Assembly: GCA_959020415.1 (NCBI GenBank)
Contig: CAUERX010000004.1
Span: 62-64,061, forward strand
DNA: 64,000 nt
Reading direction: 5' to 3'
From: an uncultured bacterium
GTDB lineage: Bacteria > Bacillota_I > Bacilli_A > RF39 > UBA660
Shown: piece by piece, positions 19,870 through 30,827 of the stretch
Layout of the letters: each line of letters opens with the position of its first letter
Numbering within the stretch: the stretch's first letter is position 1
Notes under the pieces: generated by a model
Told to the model about the DNA's origin: nothing
The model's input: only the letters and a program-made list of their open reading frames with translations
Database searches by the model: none
Program-made: the position numbers and the translations under genes

Positions 19870-20697
19870 ATGAAAGATGTTATATTAGATACAATTGTTG
19901 ATGGTATAAAACTATTACCATTTTTATTCATCGCATTTTTAATAATTGAACTAATTGAACATAAACTATCAAGCGAAAGTAAAAAAACAATCGAAAAATC
20001 CGGAAAATTTGGACCAATTATTGGTAGCATACTAGGAATCTTCCCCCAATGTGGTTTCTCAGTTGTAGCTACAAATCTATATGTCACAAGAATTATTAGT
20101 TTAGGTACTTTAATTGCTGTCTATCTTTCAACAAGTGACGAAATGTTACCAATTTTAATTGCCGAACATGCAAGTATTAATGTTATTTTACAAATATTAT
20201 TAATAAAATTAATTATTGGCATAATATTTGGTTTTATAATTGATTTAGTTATTAAGAAGAAAGATAAAGTCAATTATCACATTTGTGAACACGACCACTG
20301 CGATTGTGAACATAGTCTTATAAAATCAAGTTTAAAGCATACTTTAAAAACGTTTATATTTATATTTATTATAACCTTTATCTTAAACACTGCTTTTTAT
20401 TATATTGGTGAAGATACTTTAAAAAATCTTTTCACTCAAAATAGTTGGTTTACTCCTTTTGTAACCAGTTTAATTGGCTTAATTCCTAACTGTGCAGCTA
20501 GTGTGGTCATCACCGAATTATATATCAATGGTATATTAACCTTAGGACCAACTATTGCAGGCTTATTAACAGGAAGCGGAGTAGCATTACTAGTTTTATT
20601 TAAAGCCAATAAAAACATAAAGGAAAATCTACAAATTATAAGTCTATTATATCTAATAGGCACTATAGTTGGATTAGTGATTGAAATATTTGTATGA
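19870..20697 (+). CDS. Putative 10-TM metal exporter (ArsP_2-like)
   Basis: Two homologous halves with PQCGFS and PNCAAS motifs, separated by a His/Cys-rich loop HICEHDHCDCEH. Confidence 0.5.
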   Translation: MKDVILDTIVDGIKLLPFLFIAFLIIELIEHKLSSESKKTIEKSGKFGPIIGSILGIFPQCGFSVVATNLYVTRIISLGTLIAVYLSTSDEMLPILIAEHASINVILQILLIKLIIGIIFGFIIDLVIKKKDKVNYHICEHDHCDCEHSLIKSSLKHTLKTFIFIFIITFILNTAFYYIGEDTLKNLFTQNSWFTPFVTSLIGLIPNCAASVVITELYINGILTLGPTIAGLLTGSGVALLVLFKANKNIKENLQIISLLYLIGTIVGLVIEIFV

Positions 20698-20749
20698 CAA
20701 TGTCATACTTTTTTGTGACAAAATTCATATGTTTATATAGGTGAAACTT

Positions 20750-21511
20750 ATGATTGATACAATAATCCCATTTATCCTAACATTTATTGCTGGATTATCG
20801 ACATTAATTGGCTCTATTTTTATTTTCTTAAAAATAGATATAAATAAATTGACAAAATATGCTTTAGCTTTTGCTGCCGGTGTTATGATAAGCGTTTCTT
20901 TTACGGATCTTCTTCCAGAAGGTTTAAAATTACTACTTAAAAGTAATGATAAAACAAACGCTTTTACCCTTACACTTAGTTTTGTGGTTATTGGGTTAAT
21001 AATCTCATCATTAATTGATAAATTAGTTCCTGAAAGTAACGGAAACGTCTATGACAAAAAGCTTTACAAAGTAGGTATATTTTCCATGATTGCAATTATT
21101 GTTCATAACATACCCGAAGGGATTGCCACCTTTCTATCCTCAAGTGCTAATTTAACCCTTGGCGTATCATTAACTATCGCTATTGCATTACATAACATTC
21201 CCGAAGGGATAAGTATCTCTATTCCTGTTTTTAAAGCTACAGGAAGCCGAAAAAAAGCCATAGGATATACTTTGATATCTGGAATGGCTGAACCACTTGG
21301 CGCCTTTCTAGCTTTTCTATTTTTAAAACCAATTATCACTGATAGCATCATGGGATGTATATTATCTATAATTACTGGAATAATGATTCATATTGGCTCA
21401 CTACAACTTCTACCTACCGCCTTAAAATATAAAGAGAAGGGGAGAACCGTTCTATTTTTCATTATAGGCTTTATTTTTATGTTATTTAGTCATTTACTAA
21501 TGAACAATTAA
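20750..21511 (+). CDS. zupT: ZIP-family zinc transporter
   Basis: Duplicated HNIPEGIA/HNIPEGIS motif, 8 TM. AGGTGA RBS before the ATG at 20750. Confidence 0.8.
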   Translation: MIDTIIPFILTFIAGLSTLIGSIFIFLKIDINKLTKYALAFAAGVMISVSFTDLLPEGLKLLLKSNDKTNAFTLTLSFVVIGLIISSLIDKLVPESNGNVYDKKLYKVGIFSMIAIIVHNIPEGIATFLSSSANLTLGVSLTIAIALHNIPEGISISIPVFKATGSRKKAIGYTLISGMAEPLGAFLAFLFLKPIITDSIMGCILSIITGIMIHIGSLQLLPTALKYKEKGRTVLFFIIGFIFMLFSHLLMNN

Positions 21512-21523
21512 AAAGAGATAAAA

Positions 21524-21721
21524 TTATCTCTCTCGTTTCTTAAATGTTGTAAATATATTATACATCAGAATATTTGTGCCCAAAACAAATACTAAAATTG
21601 ACGAAATTTTCACAATAGGTTCTATATCTGACAAACCAATGCACAAGACTACAGCCAAACTCGAAAACACTAAAGCAATAACCGAAAAAAGATAACACTT
21701 AAGTAAAATTTCTTTTTTCAT
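21524..21721 (-). CDS. Hypothetical 65-aa two-TM protein
   Basis: ORF only. Hairpin AGAGATA-aaat-TATCTCT (21514-21531) overlaps its stop. Confidence 0.35.
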   Translation of the reverse strand: MKKEILLKCYLFSVIALVFSSLAVVLCIGLSDIEPIVKISSILVFVLGTNILMYNIFTTFKKRER

Positions 21722-21810
21722 TCTATATACTCCTTTAACACTATATTAACTAATAGTGTTACTCTATTATATTACAAAATAGAGGAGACAAATAATTCCA
21801 AAGTACATTG

Positions 21811-22278
21811 TTATTTAATTTTAAATAAGTAATAAACAAAAATAATAATTACAATCACCGCACCATAGCACAATACAAAAGAGGATACAATATCTTTAAA
21901 AATAGCTAAATATGCAAGAATCATAGCGCATACAGATGTAATATAAGGTGCAAGCTGAAAATTAAAACTTTTATAATTATTTACGATTTCTTCTAATCGT
22001 AAATAATCAGAGTATGTTAAATGCACTTTATAAAACATTCTATTTTTTCCTAGCATGTTAAGTAATCTTAAAAGTATTTTTTTGTTTTCAGTGTAATCAC
22101 CATCCATATCATTCAAAACTTCTTTCAAATCAATACATTGATTCGCAGATTTAAAATAGTAATACATAAGCATATTGCAACAATATAAATAATTAGAATT
22201 TTCTTTTTTAATAAATTTTGCTTTTTCTTCATCTAATTTTGACAAATAAACAAACCTCCCTTTAAAACCCTTAAACAA
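21811..22278 (-). CDS. Hypothetical protein with a C-terminal double TM anchor
   Basis: ORF only. Cys/Tyr-rich soluble N-domain. No family recognised. Confidence 0.4.
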   Translation of the reverse strand: MFKGFKGRFVYLSKLDEEKAKFIKKENSNYLYCCNMLMYYYFKSANQCIDLKEVLNDMDGDYTENKKILLRLLNMLGKNRMFYKVHLTYSDYLRLEEIVNNYKSFNFQLAPYITSVCAMILAYLAIFKDIVSSFVLCYGAVIVIIIFVYYLFKIK

Positions 22279-22311
22279 ATTATATCACAAAAAAAGAGTA
22301 ATAGAGTTAAT

Positions 22312-22339
22312 AAAAAAGCACTTCATTAGTTAGAAGTGC
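22312..22339 (-). terminator. Terminator after the XRE-family gene
   Basis: Minus strand GCACTTC-taactaat-GAAGTGC followed by TTTTTT. Confidence 0.6.
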
Positions 22340-22388
22340 ATATTATTATAATTCATTAGTTAACATAATATATATTATAGGAAAAAGA

Positions 22389-23171
22389 TTAATTATTAAC
22401 TTTTCTAGATTGTATCTCAACGATTTTAGCTAATACTTCTGATGCATTATTAGTTGTAATTTCAGTATAACCTAATTCTTTTAAAGCTTGGACCTTTGCT
22501 GCATTGATCTCTAATGTACGGCTCATTTTATCTTCCATTTTTTGTTCAATCTTTTCTACAAAACGCTTATGTGTAGCTGCTATTTTAGATTTACTAGCGC
22601 CACCACTATGATAAAGTGTCATAGCTGAGAATAAAATACTCTCAAAGATAAACTGTTCATTTTCATCATATACAAATTCATAAGGTTTAGTATAACCTGC
22701 AGCTTTTGACATATAAGCTAATATATAATTAAGCTCACGTGAGTTTTCCATCGTCTGTAAATAATGATATAAATATAATGTAGAATTATAAGCAACATCG
22801 TCTTTGTCATCACTTAAACGTTCTTTTAATTCATCGACAATATTATGTAAAAGTTCCTTTTGTTTTTGACCCAATCCATCAAATATTACATTAGAATCGC
22901 CAACATCACTTTTAGATGTATTTTCAAATAAACTGTTAATGCGAGTTTCAACATCCATTATATAATCAGTATCAACTTTAATTTTATCTAATTCCTCAGC
23001 TGATTTAATTCCTAATATATTTAATAAAATAACCTTTTTATCTTTTGGCCATTTATTTATATCATCTAATTCTAAATAATTATAAATCATCTGTCTAGAA
23101 ACGCCTAAACATTTAGCTAATTTTACTTTTGATATACCTAATTCTCTTAATATTTCGTTCAATCTTTCCAT
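22389..23171 (-). CDS. XRE-family HTH protein with an uncharacterised 190-aa C-terminal domain
   Basis: N-terminus LRELGISKVKLAKCLGVSRQMIYNYLE is a Cro/C1-type HTH. Confidence 0.65.
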   Translation of the reverse strand: MERLNEILRELGISKVKLAKCLGVSRQMIYNYLELDDINKWPKDKKVILLNILGIKSAEELDKIKVDTDYIMDVETRINSLFENTSKSDVGDSNVIFDGLGQKQKELLHNIVDELKERLSDDKDDVAYNSTLYLYHYLQTMENSRELNYILAYMSKAAGYTKPYEFVYDENEQFIFESILFSAMTLYHSGGASKSKIAATHKRFVEKIEQKMEDKMSRTLEINAAKVQALKELGYTEITTNNASEVLAKIVEIQSRKVNN

Positions 23172-23264
23172 GATTAAAACCTCCTACTATAATTTTATCA
23201 TACAGTCGTAAAATGTCAAGTAAAATGTAAATAAAAAGTATATAATAAAATTTATAATTGCTTA

Positions 23265-25410
<2,146 letters not shown>

Positions 25411-25438
25411 TTATACAAAAAAAATGATAGAAAATCCA

Positions 25439-26068
25439 TCATTTCAACAGCGACAATGCGATATTTAATATTTTAGGCATTAAATACACCTCATAAACAC
25501 TAGTTATAACTAATATTACTAAAGAAAAAATCAAAACGGTTACATATCTATTCATAACACCTTTAAAATCTAAAGTCTTTTTAGCAGACATACATTTCAT
25601 TATTTTAAAAGAAACAATTAAAGCAAAGGCACTTAAAAGCATAAATATCAATATATTAATAATTTGATGAGGAAACGCATATACAGCTCCCACTAAAATT
25701 CCCTTAAGTTTAAAGTTAATTATTATACTCCCGATAGAAAATCCTAAAACAAACGCTTTCATAAAAAGCATAAATATAACTATAAAAAAGCCTATAACCG
25801 AAACTCCTAATAACCAAATAATAACAGCAAAACCAACTGTAAAAAATAATGTATTAATTATTGAAGTATCATAATTCAATTTCCCACTTTTCACATTATT
25901 AAAAAAATCATTCAAATAGCTTACAACTAATTTTTTATCATTTGCATCAACTATTGCTGAAAAAATTGATCCCGATACTATTCCTACTATTACAATAACC
26001 AATAGAAAAACAAAAAGATTCTTATTGATGTGTATACTGTTTTTTAACTTGTCCATATATTTTTTCAT
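25439..26068 (-). CDS. spoIIM: Stage II sporulation protein M-like membrane protein
   Basis: 209 aa. N-terminus (KNLFVFLLVIVIVGIVSGSIFS...YLNDFF) followed by four TM matches the SpoIIM/DUF95 layout. Confidence 0.6.
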   Translation of the reverse strand: MKKYMDKLKNSIHINKNLFVFLLVIVIVGIVSGSIFSAIVDANDKKLVVSYLNDFFNNVKSGKLNYDTSIINTLFFTVGFAVIIWLLGVSVIGFFIVIFMLFMKAFVLGFSIGSIIINFKLKGILVGAVYAFPHQIINILIFMLLSAFALIVSFKIMKCMSAKKTLDFKGVMNRYVTVLIFSLVILVITSVYEVYLMPKILNIALSLLK

Positions 26069-26158
26069 AATTTATCTCCTCAATAAATTATATTGTTTTG
26101 GAAAAATAATATTCCAAAAAACGAAGAAATATATTATAATTAATAAAGAGGTGAAACC

Positions 26159-26251
26159 ATGAATAAAAAAGTACAAAAGATTACTGTCTGGGTAATGCTT
26201 TTAGTTATAGTTGCGTTTTTTATCACTACTATTGTATGGGGGATGAATTAA
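26159..26251 (+). CDS. 30-aa hydrophobic peptide (MNKKVQKITVWVMLLVIVAFFITTIVWGMN)
   Basis: Not in the ORF track. AAAGAGGTGA RBS 5 nt before the ATG, TATAAT at 26135-26140, and a strong hairpin terminator starting at the stop codon. Confidence 0.45.
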   Translation: MNKKVQKITVWVMLLVIVAFFITTIVWGMN

Positions 26252-26281
26252 AAAGCTTGTGTTTATTACACAAGCTTTTTA
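26251..26281. terminator. Bidirectional terminator
   Basis: AAAAAGCTTGTG-tttatta-CACAAGCTTTTT. Shared by the small plus-strand ORF and the convergent SGNH gene. Confidence 0.75.
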
Positions 26282-27175
26282 ATATTCAAGACAATCATTT
26301 GAAATATAATCTATAACATTTTGATTTGTCTTGTTTGTATAATGAATGCCATCCACTGTTCTAAAATAAATTTCATGATACGAATCACAGTATTTAATAT
26401 TTTTTAATTTATTTGTCTTTACATTATAATCTAATCGCCTATTAAAATACTCGACCATTTCGGTAGTACGAACGTTATACGGTTGACTAATATTAAGTTT
26501 TTTATCGTTAATTGGATTAATAGATAGCAAATAGAACTGTACGTCAGGATATTGTCTTGATAATTTATTATATTCTTCTAAATACCAATTTATTTCTTTA
26601 TCAACATTTTTAGAATATTGAATATCATTAACTCCCATATTAATCACTACATGATATTTATATTCATTGTTTTTAGAGTCTAATTTTTTTAACAATTTGG
26701 GCAATGCTTCTTTATTAAACCAATCTTTCCCCGCACCAATTTGAGCTATAAAACTAAAATTTACTGGAATATTTATTTCATCTTTAGATTTTTCAATCAG
26801 TTGCATCCTAGAATCACCCACAATTATTACCTTATTTTTGGTTATATCTTTTAATTTAATATCTTCACTGACTTCATATTTTCTATTTTGAAGTTGTAGA
26901 TACTCAGGTATACTGCATTGACAACCTTCATATTTTTTATCATTTATAATCGTAAAAAATATGAACACTACGAAAATCAGAAACACAAATGAAGATAAAA
27001 AAACTAAATACTTTTTAATTCCTACATAAATATTATTTAATTCATTAGTTGTTTTTTTCTGAATTACATAGGTCAAAATAAGACACAAAAAAATCACAAA
27101 GTAGCAAAAAATATCTATATACTTTGTATGACTAATAAGAAATAAAAAGTTTTCATCACAAACCCTCAATAACAT
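26279..27175 (-). CDS. Membrane-anchored SGNH/GDSL hydrolase
   Basis: Two N-terminal TM. Block I VIIVGDSRM, block III NMGVNDI, block V DGIHY. Confidence 0.65.
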   Translation of the reverse strand: MLLRVCDENFLFLISHTKYIDIFCYFVIFLCLILTYVIQKKTTNELNNIYVGIKKYLVFLSSFVFLIFVVFIFFTIINDKKYEGCQCSIPEYLQLQNRKYEVSEDIKLKDITKNKVIIVGDSRMQLIEKSKDEINIPVNFSFIAQIGAGKDWFNKEALPKLLKKLDSKNNEYKYHVVINMGVNDIQYSKNVDKEINWYLEEYNKLSRQYPDVQFYLLSINPINDKKLNISQPYNVRTTEMVEYFNRRLDYNVKTNKLKNIKYCDSYHEIYFRTVDGIHYTNKTNQNVIDYISNDCLEY

Positions 27176-27254
27176 ATCTTTTAATCACCGCCTAATATAT
27201 TATCACATTTTAGTAAAAATTCCAAATAAAAACATGTTTAAGTAAAACATATTT

Positions 27255-28196
27255 TTATTTACTGCCTCGCTTATCCTTCTCTGTCTCTTGAATAATATAA
27301 AGCGGTCTTTGTTTAACTTCCAGATAAGTTTTTGCTAAATACTGTCCAATAATTCCAGTACACAGCAATTGACTACCTCCAATTAAAAACATTATACAAG
27401 CCATGCTGGGCCATCCACTAGTTGGATCACCTAAAATTAAAGTTTTTACAATAATAAGAATAATAATTAAAAACGCGATGATACAAAATAAAATACCCAT
27501 TACTGAAGCAATTGCTAATGGAACTGTGGAAAATGCCACTATGCTCTCGAGAGAATATAAAAACAATTTAAAAAACGACCATTTTGTTGTTCCTGCAGCT
27601 CTTTCTATATTTTCATATTCAAGCCATTTTGTACGATATCCTACCCATGAAAATATTCCTTTGGAAAAACGATTATACTCTGTTAACTCTAAAACAGAAT
27701 TAACCATTTGTCGTGACATAAGCCTAAAGTCACGAGCTCCATCAACAATTTCTGTTTTTGAAATTTTATTAATAATTTTATAATAAGTTCTAGCAAAAAA
27801 ACTACGAATGACCGGTTCCCCTTTTCTGGAAACCCTTCTAGTTGCTACACTATCATAATCACCTGTTTGCAAGATTTCATACATTTCCTTTAATAATGAT
27901 GGAGGATCTTGTAAATCAGCATCCATAATAGCCACATAGTCACCAGTGGCCTCTTTTAATCCAGCATACATCGCTGACTCTTTACCAAAATTACGTGAAA
28001 AAGAAATGTAACGAACATTCTTATTGCTTGATAATTCCCTCATTAAATCTAATGTGTGGTCAACACTACCATCATTAACAAAAATTATTTCAAAAGAAAC
28101 TTTTGGCATAGTTTTTTCAACTTTTGATACTTCCTTGTAAAATAATTTAATAACCTCTTCTTCATTATAACAAGGAACCACTAATGAAATTTTCAT
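27255..28196 (-). CDS. GtrB/DPM1-like GT2 polyprenyl-phosphate hexosyltransferase
   Basis: ISLVVPCYNEEE, FVNDGSVDHT, MDADLQDPP, plus two C-terminal TM helices. Start taken at MKISL (28196). Confidence 0.75.
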   Translation of the reverse strand: MKISLVVPCYNEEEVIKLFYKEVSKVEKTMPKVSFEIIFVNDGSVDHTLDLMRELSSNKNVRYISFSRNFGKESAMYAGLKEATGDYVAIMDADLQDPPSLLKEMYEILQTGDYDSVATRRVSRKGEPVIRSFFARTYYKIINKISKTEIVDGARDFRLMSRQMVNSVLELTEYNRFSKGIFSWVGYRTKWLEYENIERAAGTTKWSFFKLFLYSLESIVAFSTVPLAIASVMGILFCIIAFLIIILIIVKTLILGDPTSGWPSMACIMFLIGGSQLLCTGIIGQYLAKTYLEVKQRPLYIIQETEKDKRGSK

Positions 28197-28286
28197 AAAA
28201 ACACCTCTCAAAACTAACACTAGTATAACATTTTAATACTTTAGGTACAAGACAAACTAGAAAAAAGCTATATTAAAATAACTTTT

Positions 28287-30818
28287 TTATTCAAAAATAT
28301 TATATCCCAAATCCATATCAACCTTAGTAAAAATACCATTAATGTTTCCGTCTGAAGCAAACTGCCAATACTTATATGGGGTTAGATTATAAGTAGGACG
28401 TGTATTTATCGCTTGCGCAAATGTATTCACCCCGTTAGGCCACTCCGCTAACCATATTTCATATTTTTTAGATAAAGCCACAGAGTCTAATTTATCAGTA
28501 AGCCACATCTTGTTAGCATAGATCCCACAACTATATCCGTTATTTTCAATCGTTGAACAAAATTTATCTGCTACTAAAGTCAGTTTTTCTTTACCCACAT
28601 TAGCCACGCTCTTATCTTCAATATCAAGAAAAACTTTCGTTCCTAAATTAGGATGATAATTATTAGCTTTAATTAAATTAATAAGTCTAAGCATATGTTT
28701 AGCTTCTGATACTGCACCAGTACCACTAGCATTGTCAATATCACCAGCATAAGAATAAAGATAAAGTCCGTATGGAATATTATATTTTTCACAAGCTGCT
28801 ACATTAGTGGCAAACATCAAATCATCTTGATAGCTCCAATCACCCCCATAGCCAGCTCTTATTATTACAAAGCCCAAATCACTTTTAGCGATTTTTTCCC
28901 AGTCAATATTACCTTGGTGATAGGAAACATCGATACCAGTATATACTTTGTTATTTGTATTTTTTGAAAGCTTAAATTTTTGACCATTGCCACCGTTAGA
29001 ATTAGCAACTTGAATATTTGCGCCACTAACTAATTTACCATTAGCAACGTCTAAGGTCAGACCATTTACTTTAGAAACCAAAGAAACATTACCATCTCCA
29101 AGATCTTTAATCATCCACTGCTGACTAGCGCTATTATTAGATCTATACATTTGAACATTTGTCCCACTAATCATTCCACCACTAGCAACATCTAAAACAA
29201 GATCAGGATTAATTGCACTGGCAATTGAATAAAAACCATTATTCAAATATTTTAAATACCATATTTGTGCATTAGAATTATTTGATTTATAAAGTTGAAC
29301 ATTTACTCCATTATATTTAGCACCCGATGAAACATCAAGAACCATTGAAGTATTAATTGTCGAAGAAATTGTATAATAACCATCCTCATAAGAACGACCT
29401 TGCTCATTTTTTACCGCAGGTGTAAAAGTAAATTTCTGAGCATTAGTCCCATTACTAGAATATAATTGAATATTAGTCCCTTCGGATGTGTGACCACTTT
29501 TAACATCAACATGACGACCATCTAAAGCTGTGATAATAGAATACTGATTACCACCTAGATATTTTATTATCCATTTCTGAGCTTTCGAGCCATTTGACGC
29601 ATAAAGCTGAACATTAGCACCATCATATGTTTTAGCCCCTGGTACATCTATAGCTTTACTATCATCCAAAGCAGTTTGTATAGTATAATAACCACTTCCA
29701 ATATATTTTATCCACCATTTTTGTGAATTTAAATTAGCATTTTTTTCTAATTGTACATTTGCATTATTTACCGAAATATCTTTATCTAAACCAACAACCA
29801 TGTTTGAATCTAAAACACTATTAATTGTATATAAACCATCGCTCAACATATTAAATTCTACTTTATTAAATTTAAATTTTTGGGCATTAGTCCCGTTAGC
29901 ATGATATAATTGAACATTCGTACCATTAGAGTCTTTTGCCCCACTTATATCTAAAAATAGATTATCCAACTTGGATACGATATTATAATAACCATTACCT
30001 AAATCCCTTAATATCCATTTTTGAGCGTCAGTTCCATTGTTTTGATATAACTGTACATTTGCATTATTCATAGCTTTTGCGCCTGAAACATCAAGAGATT
30101 TTCCAGGATCCAAATGACTGGTTATTGAATAATAACCATTATTCAAATATTTAACATCCCAAATTTGTGCCCAACTATCGTTAGAACTATATAATTGCAC
30201 ATTAGTACTATTTGCAGTTCTCCCACTCGTTAAATCTAACACAGAATTATTATTCAAAGCTGTAGATATAATATAAGAACCATCTGCTAATGATTGTTTA
30301 GAATCAACTATCGGAATAAATTTAAATTTCTGAGCATTAGTCCCATTACCTTGATACATCTGAAGATTGACTCCATTATAATTTTTAGCACTATCTACAT
30401 CTAAATATAAATTATTACAATTTGAAATTACATAATAATATCCATTTCCCGCATACCTAACAAGCCATTTTTGAGCACTAGTATTATTATAACTATAAAT
30501 TTGAACATTTGTTTTATTAACTTTCCCAGCACTTTTAACATCTAAAACAGCATAAGATGCCGCCGAACTAGAAATAACATAATAATCATTGCCAAGATGT
30601 TTTACATTCCATCTTTGCGTCTTTAAATTATTATCATTTTCTAAATTAACATTAGAAGGTTTAGTAAAATCTCCACCTTCAATAGTCATTACCATATTAT
30701 CAGATACCGCACTTTTAATTTTATATTCGCCATCTTCCAGTGCGGGAGCAGCATCAACACTGCCCATACAAATAAAAAACATACATAAAAAGGGCAATAA
30801 ACAAATTAATTTCTTCAT
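28287..30818 (-). CDS. Secreted GH25 muramidase with four ricin-type beta-trefoil lectin domains
   Basis: Signal peptide. 12 subrepeats of about 45 aa, each ending in a Q-x-W/F motif (QRW, QKW, QKF, QIW...). C-terminal GIDVSYHQGNIDWEKI...GFVIIRAGYG GH25 domain. Confidence 0.8.
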   Translation of the reverse strand: MKKLICLLPFLCMFFICMGSVDAAPALEDGEYKIKSAVSDNMVMTIEGGDFTKPSNVNLENDNNLKTQRWNVKHLGNDYYVISSSAASYAVLDVKSAGKVNKTNVQIYSYNNTSAQKWLVRYAGNGYYYVISNCNNLYLDVDSAKNYNGVNLQMYQGNGTNAQKFKFIPIVDSKQSLADGSYIISTALNNNSVLDLTSGRTANSTNVQLYSSNDSWAQIWDVKYLNNGYYSITSHLDPGKSLDVSGAKAMNNANVQLYQNNGTDAQKWILRDLGNGYYNIVSKLDNLFLDISGAKDSNGTNVQLYHANGTNAQKFKFNKVEFNMLSDGLYTINSVLDSNMVVGLDKDISVNNANVQLEKNANLNSQKWWIKYIGSGYYTIQTALDDSKAIDVPGAKTYDGANVQLYASNGSKAQKWIIKYLGGNQYSIITALDGRHVDVKSGHTSEGTNIQLYSSNGTNAQKFTFTPAVKNEQGRSYEDGYYTISSTINTSMVLDVSSGAKYNGVNVQLYKSNNSNAQIWYLKYLNNGFYSIASAINPDLVLDVASGGMISGTNVQMYRSNNSASQQWMIKDLGDGNVSLVSKVNGLTLDVANGKLVSGANIQVANSNGGNGQKFKLSKNTNNKVYTGIDVSYHQGNIDWEKIAKSDLGFVIIRAGYGGDWSYQDDLMFATNVAACEKYNIPYGLYLYSYAGDIDNASGTGAVSEAKHMLRLINLIKANNYHPNLGTKVFLDIEDKSVANVGKEKLTLVADKFCSTIENNGYSCGIYANKMWLTDKLDSVALSKKYEIWLAEWPNGVNTFAQAINTRPTYNLTPYKYWQFASDGNINGIFTKVDMDLGYNIFE
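28975..30750 (-). repeat. Coding tandem repeat: 12 ricin (QxW) subrepeats forming 4 beta-trefoils
   Basis: Recurring N(V/I)QLY-x-(S/N)NG(T/S)-x-AQKW/F blocks in the translated ORF. Confidence 0.75.
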
Positions 30819-30827
30819 TTTTTTCTC

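Noticed and set aside
27403-27783. 126-aa plus-strand ORF inside the GtrB-like gene. Similar antisense ORFs occur at 30589..30843, 35382..35603, 39890..40096, 43718..43915, 47092..47301 and 47162..47371.
   Set aside because: All are embedded antisense in motif-supported glycan-locus genes. They lack Shine-Dalgarno sequences and have the Ile/Leu/Phe/Ser/Asn-rich composition expected from the complement of AT-rich coding DNA.
28975-30750. Periodic DNA in the GH25 gene considered as a CRISPR-like or non-coding tandem repeat
   Set aside because: The periodicity (about 135 nt) lies within one long ORF and corresponds to degenerate ricin QxW protein subrepeats. There is no repeat-spacer structure with identical repeats.
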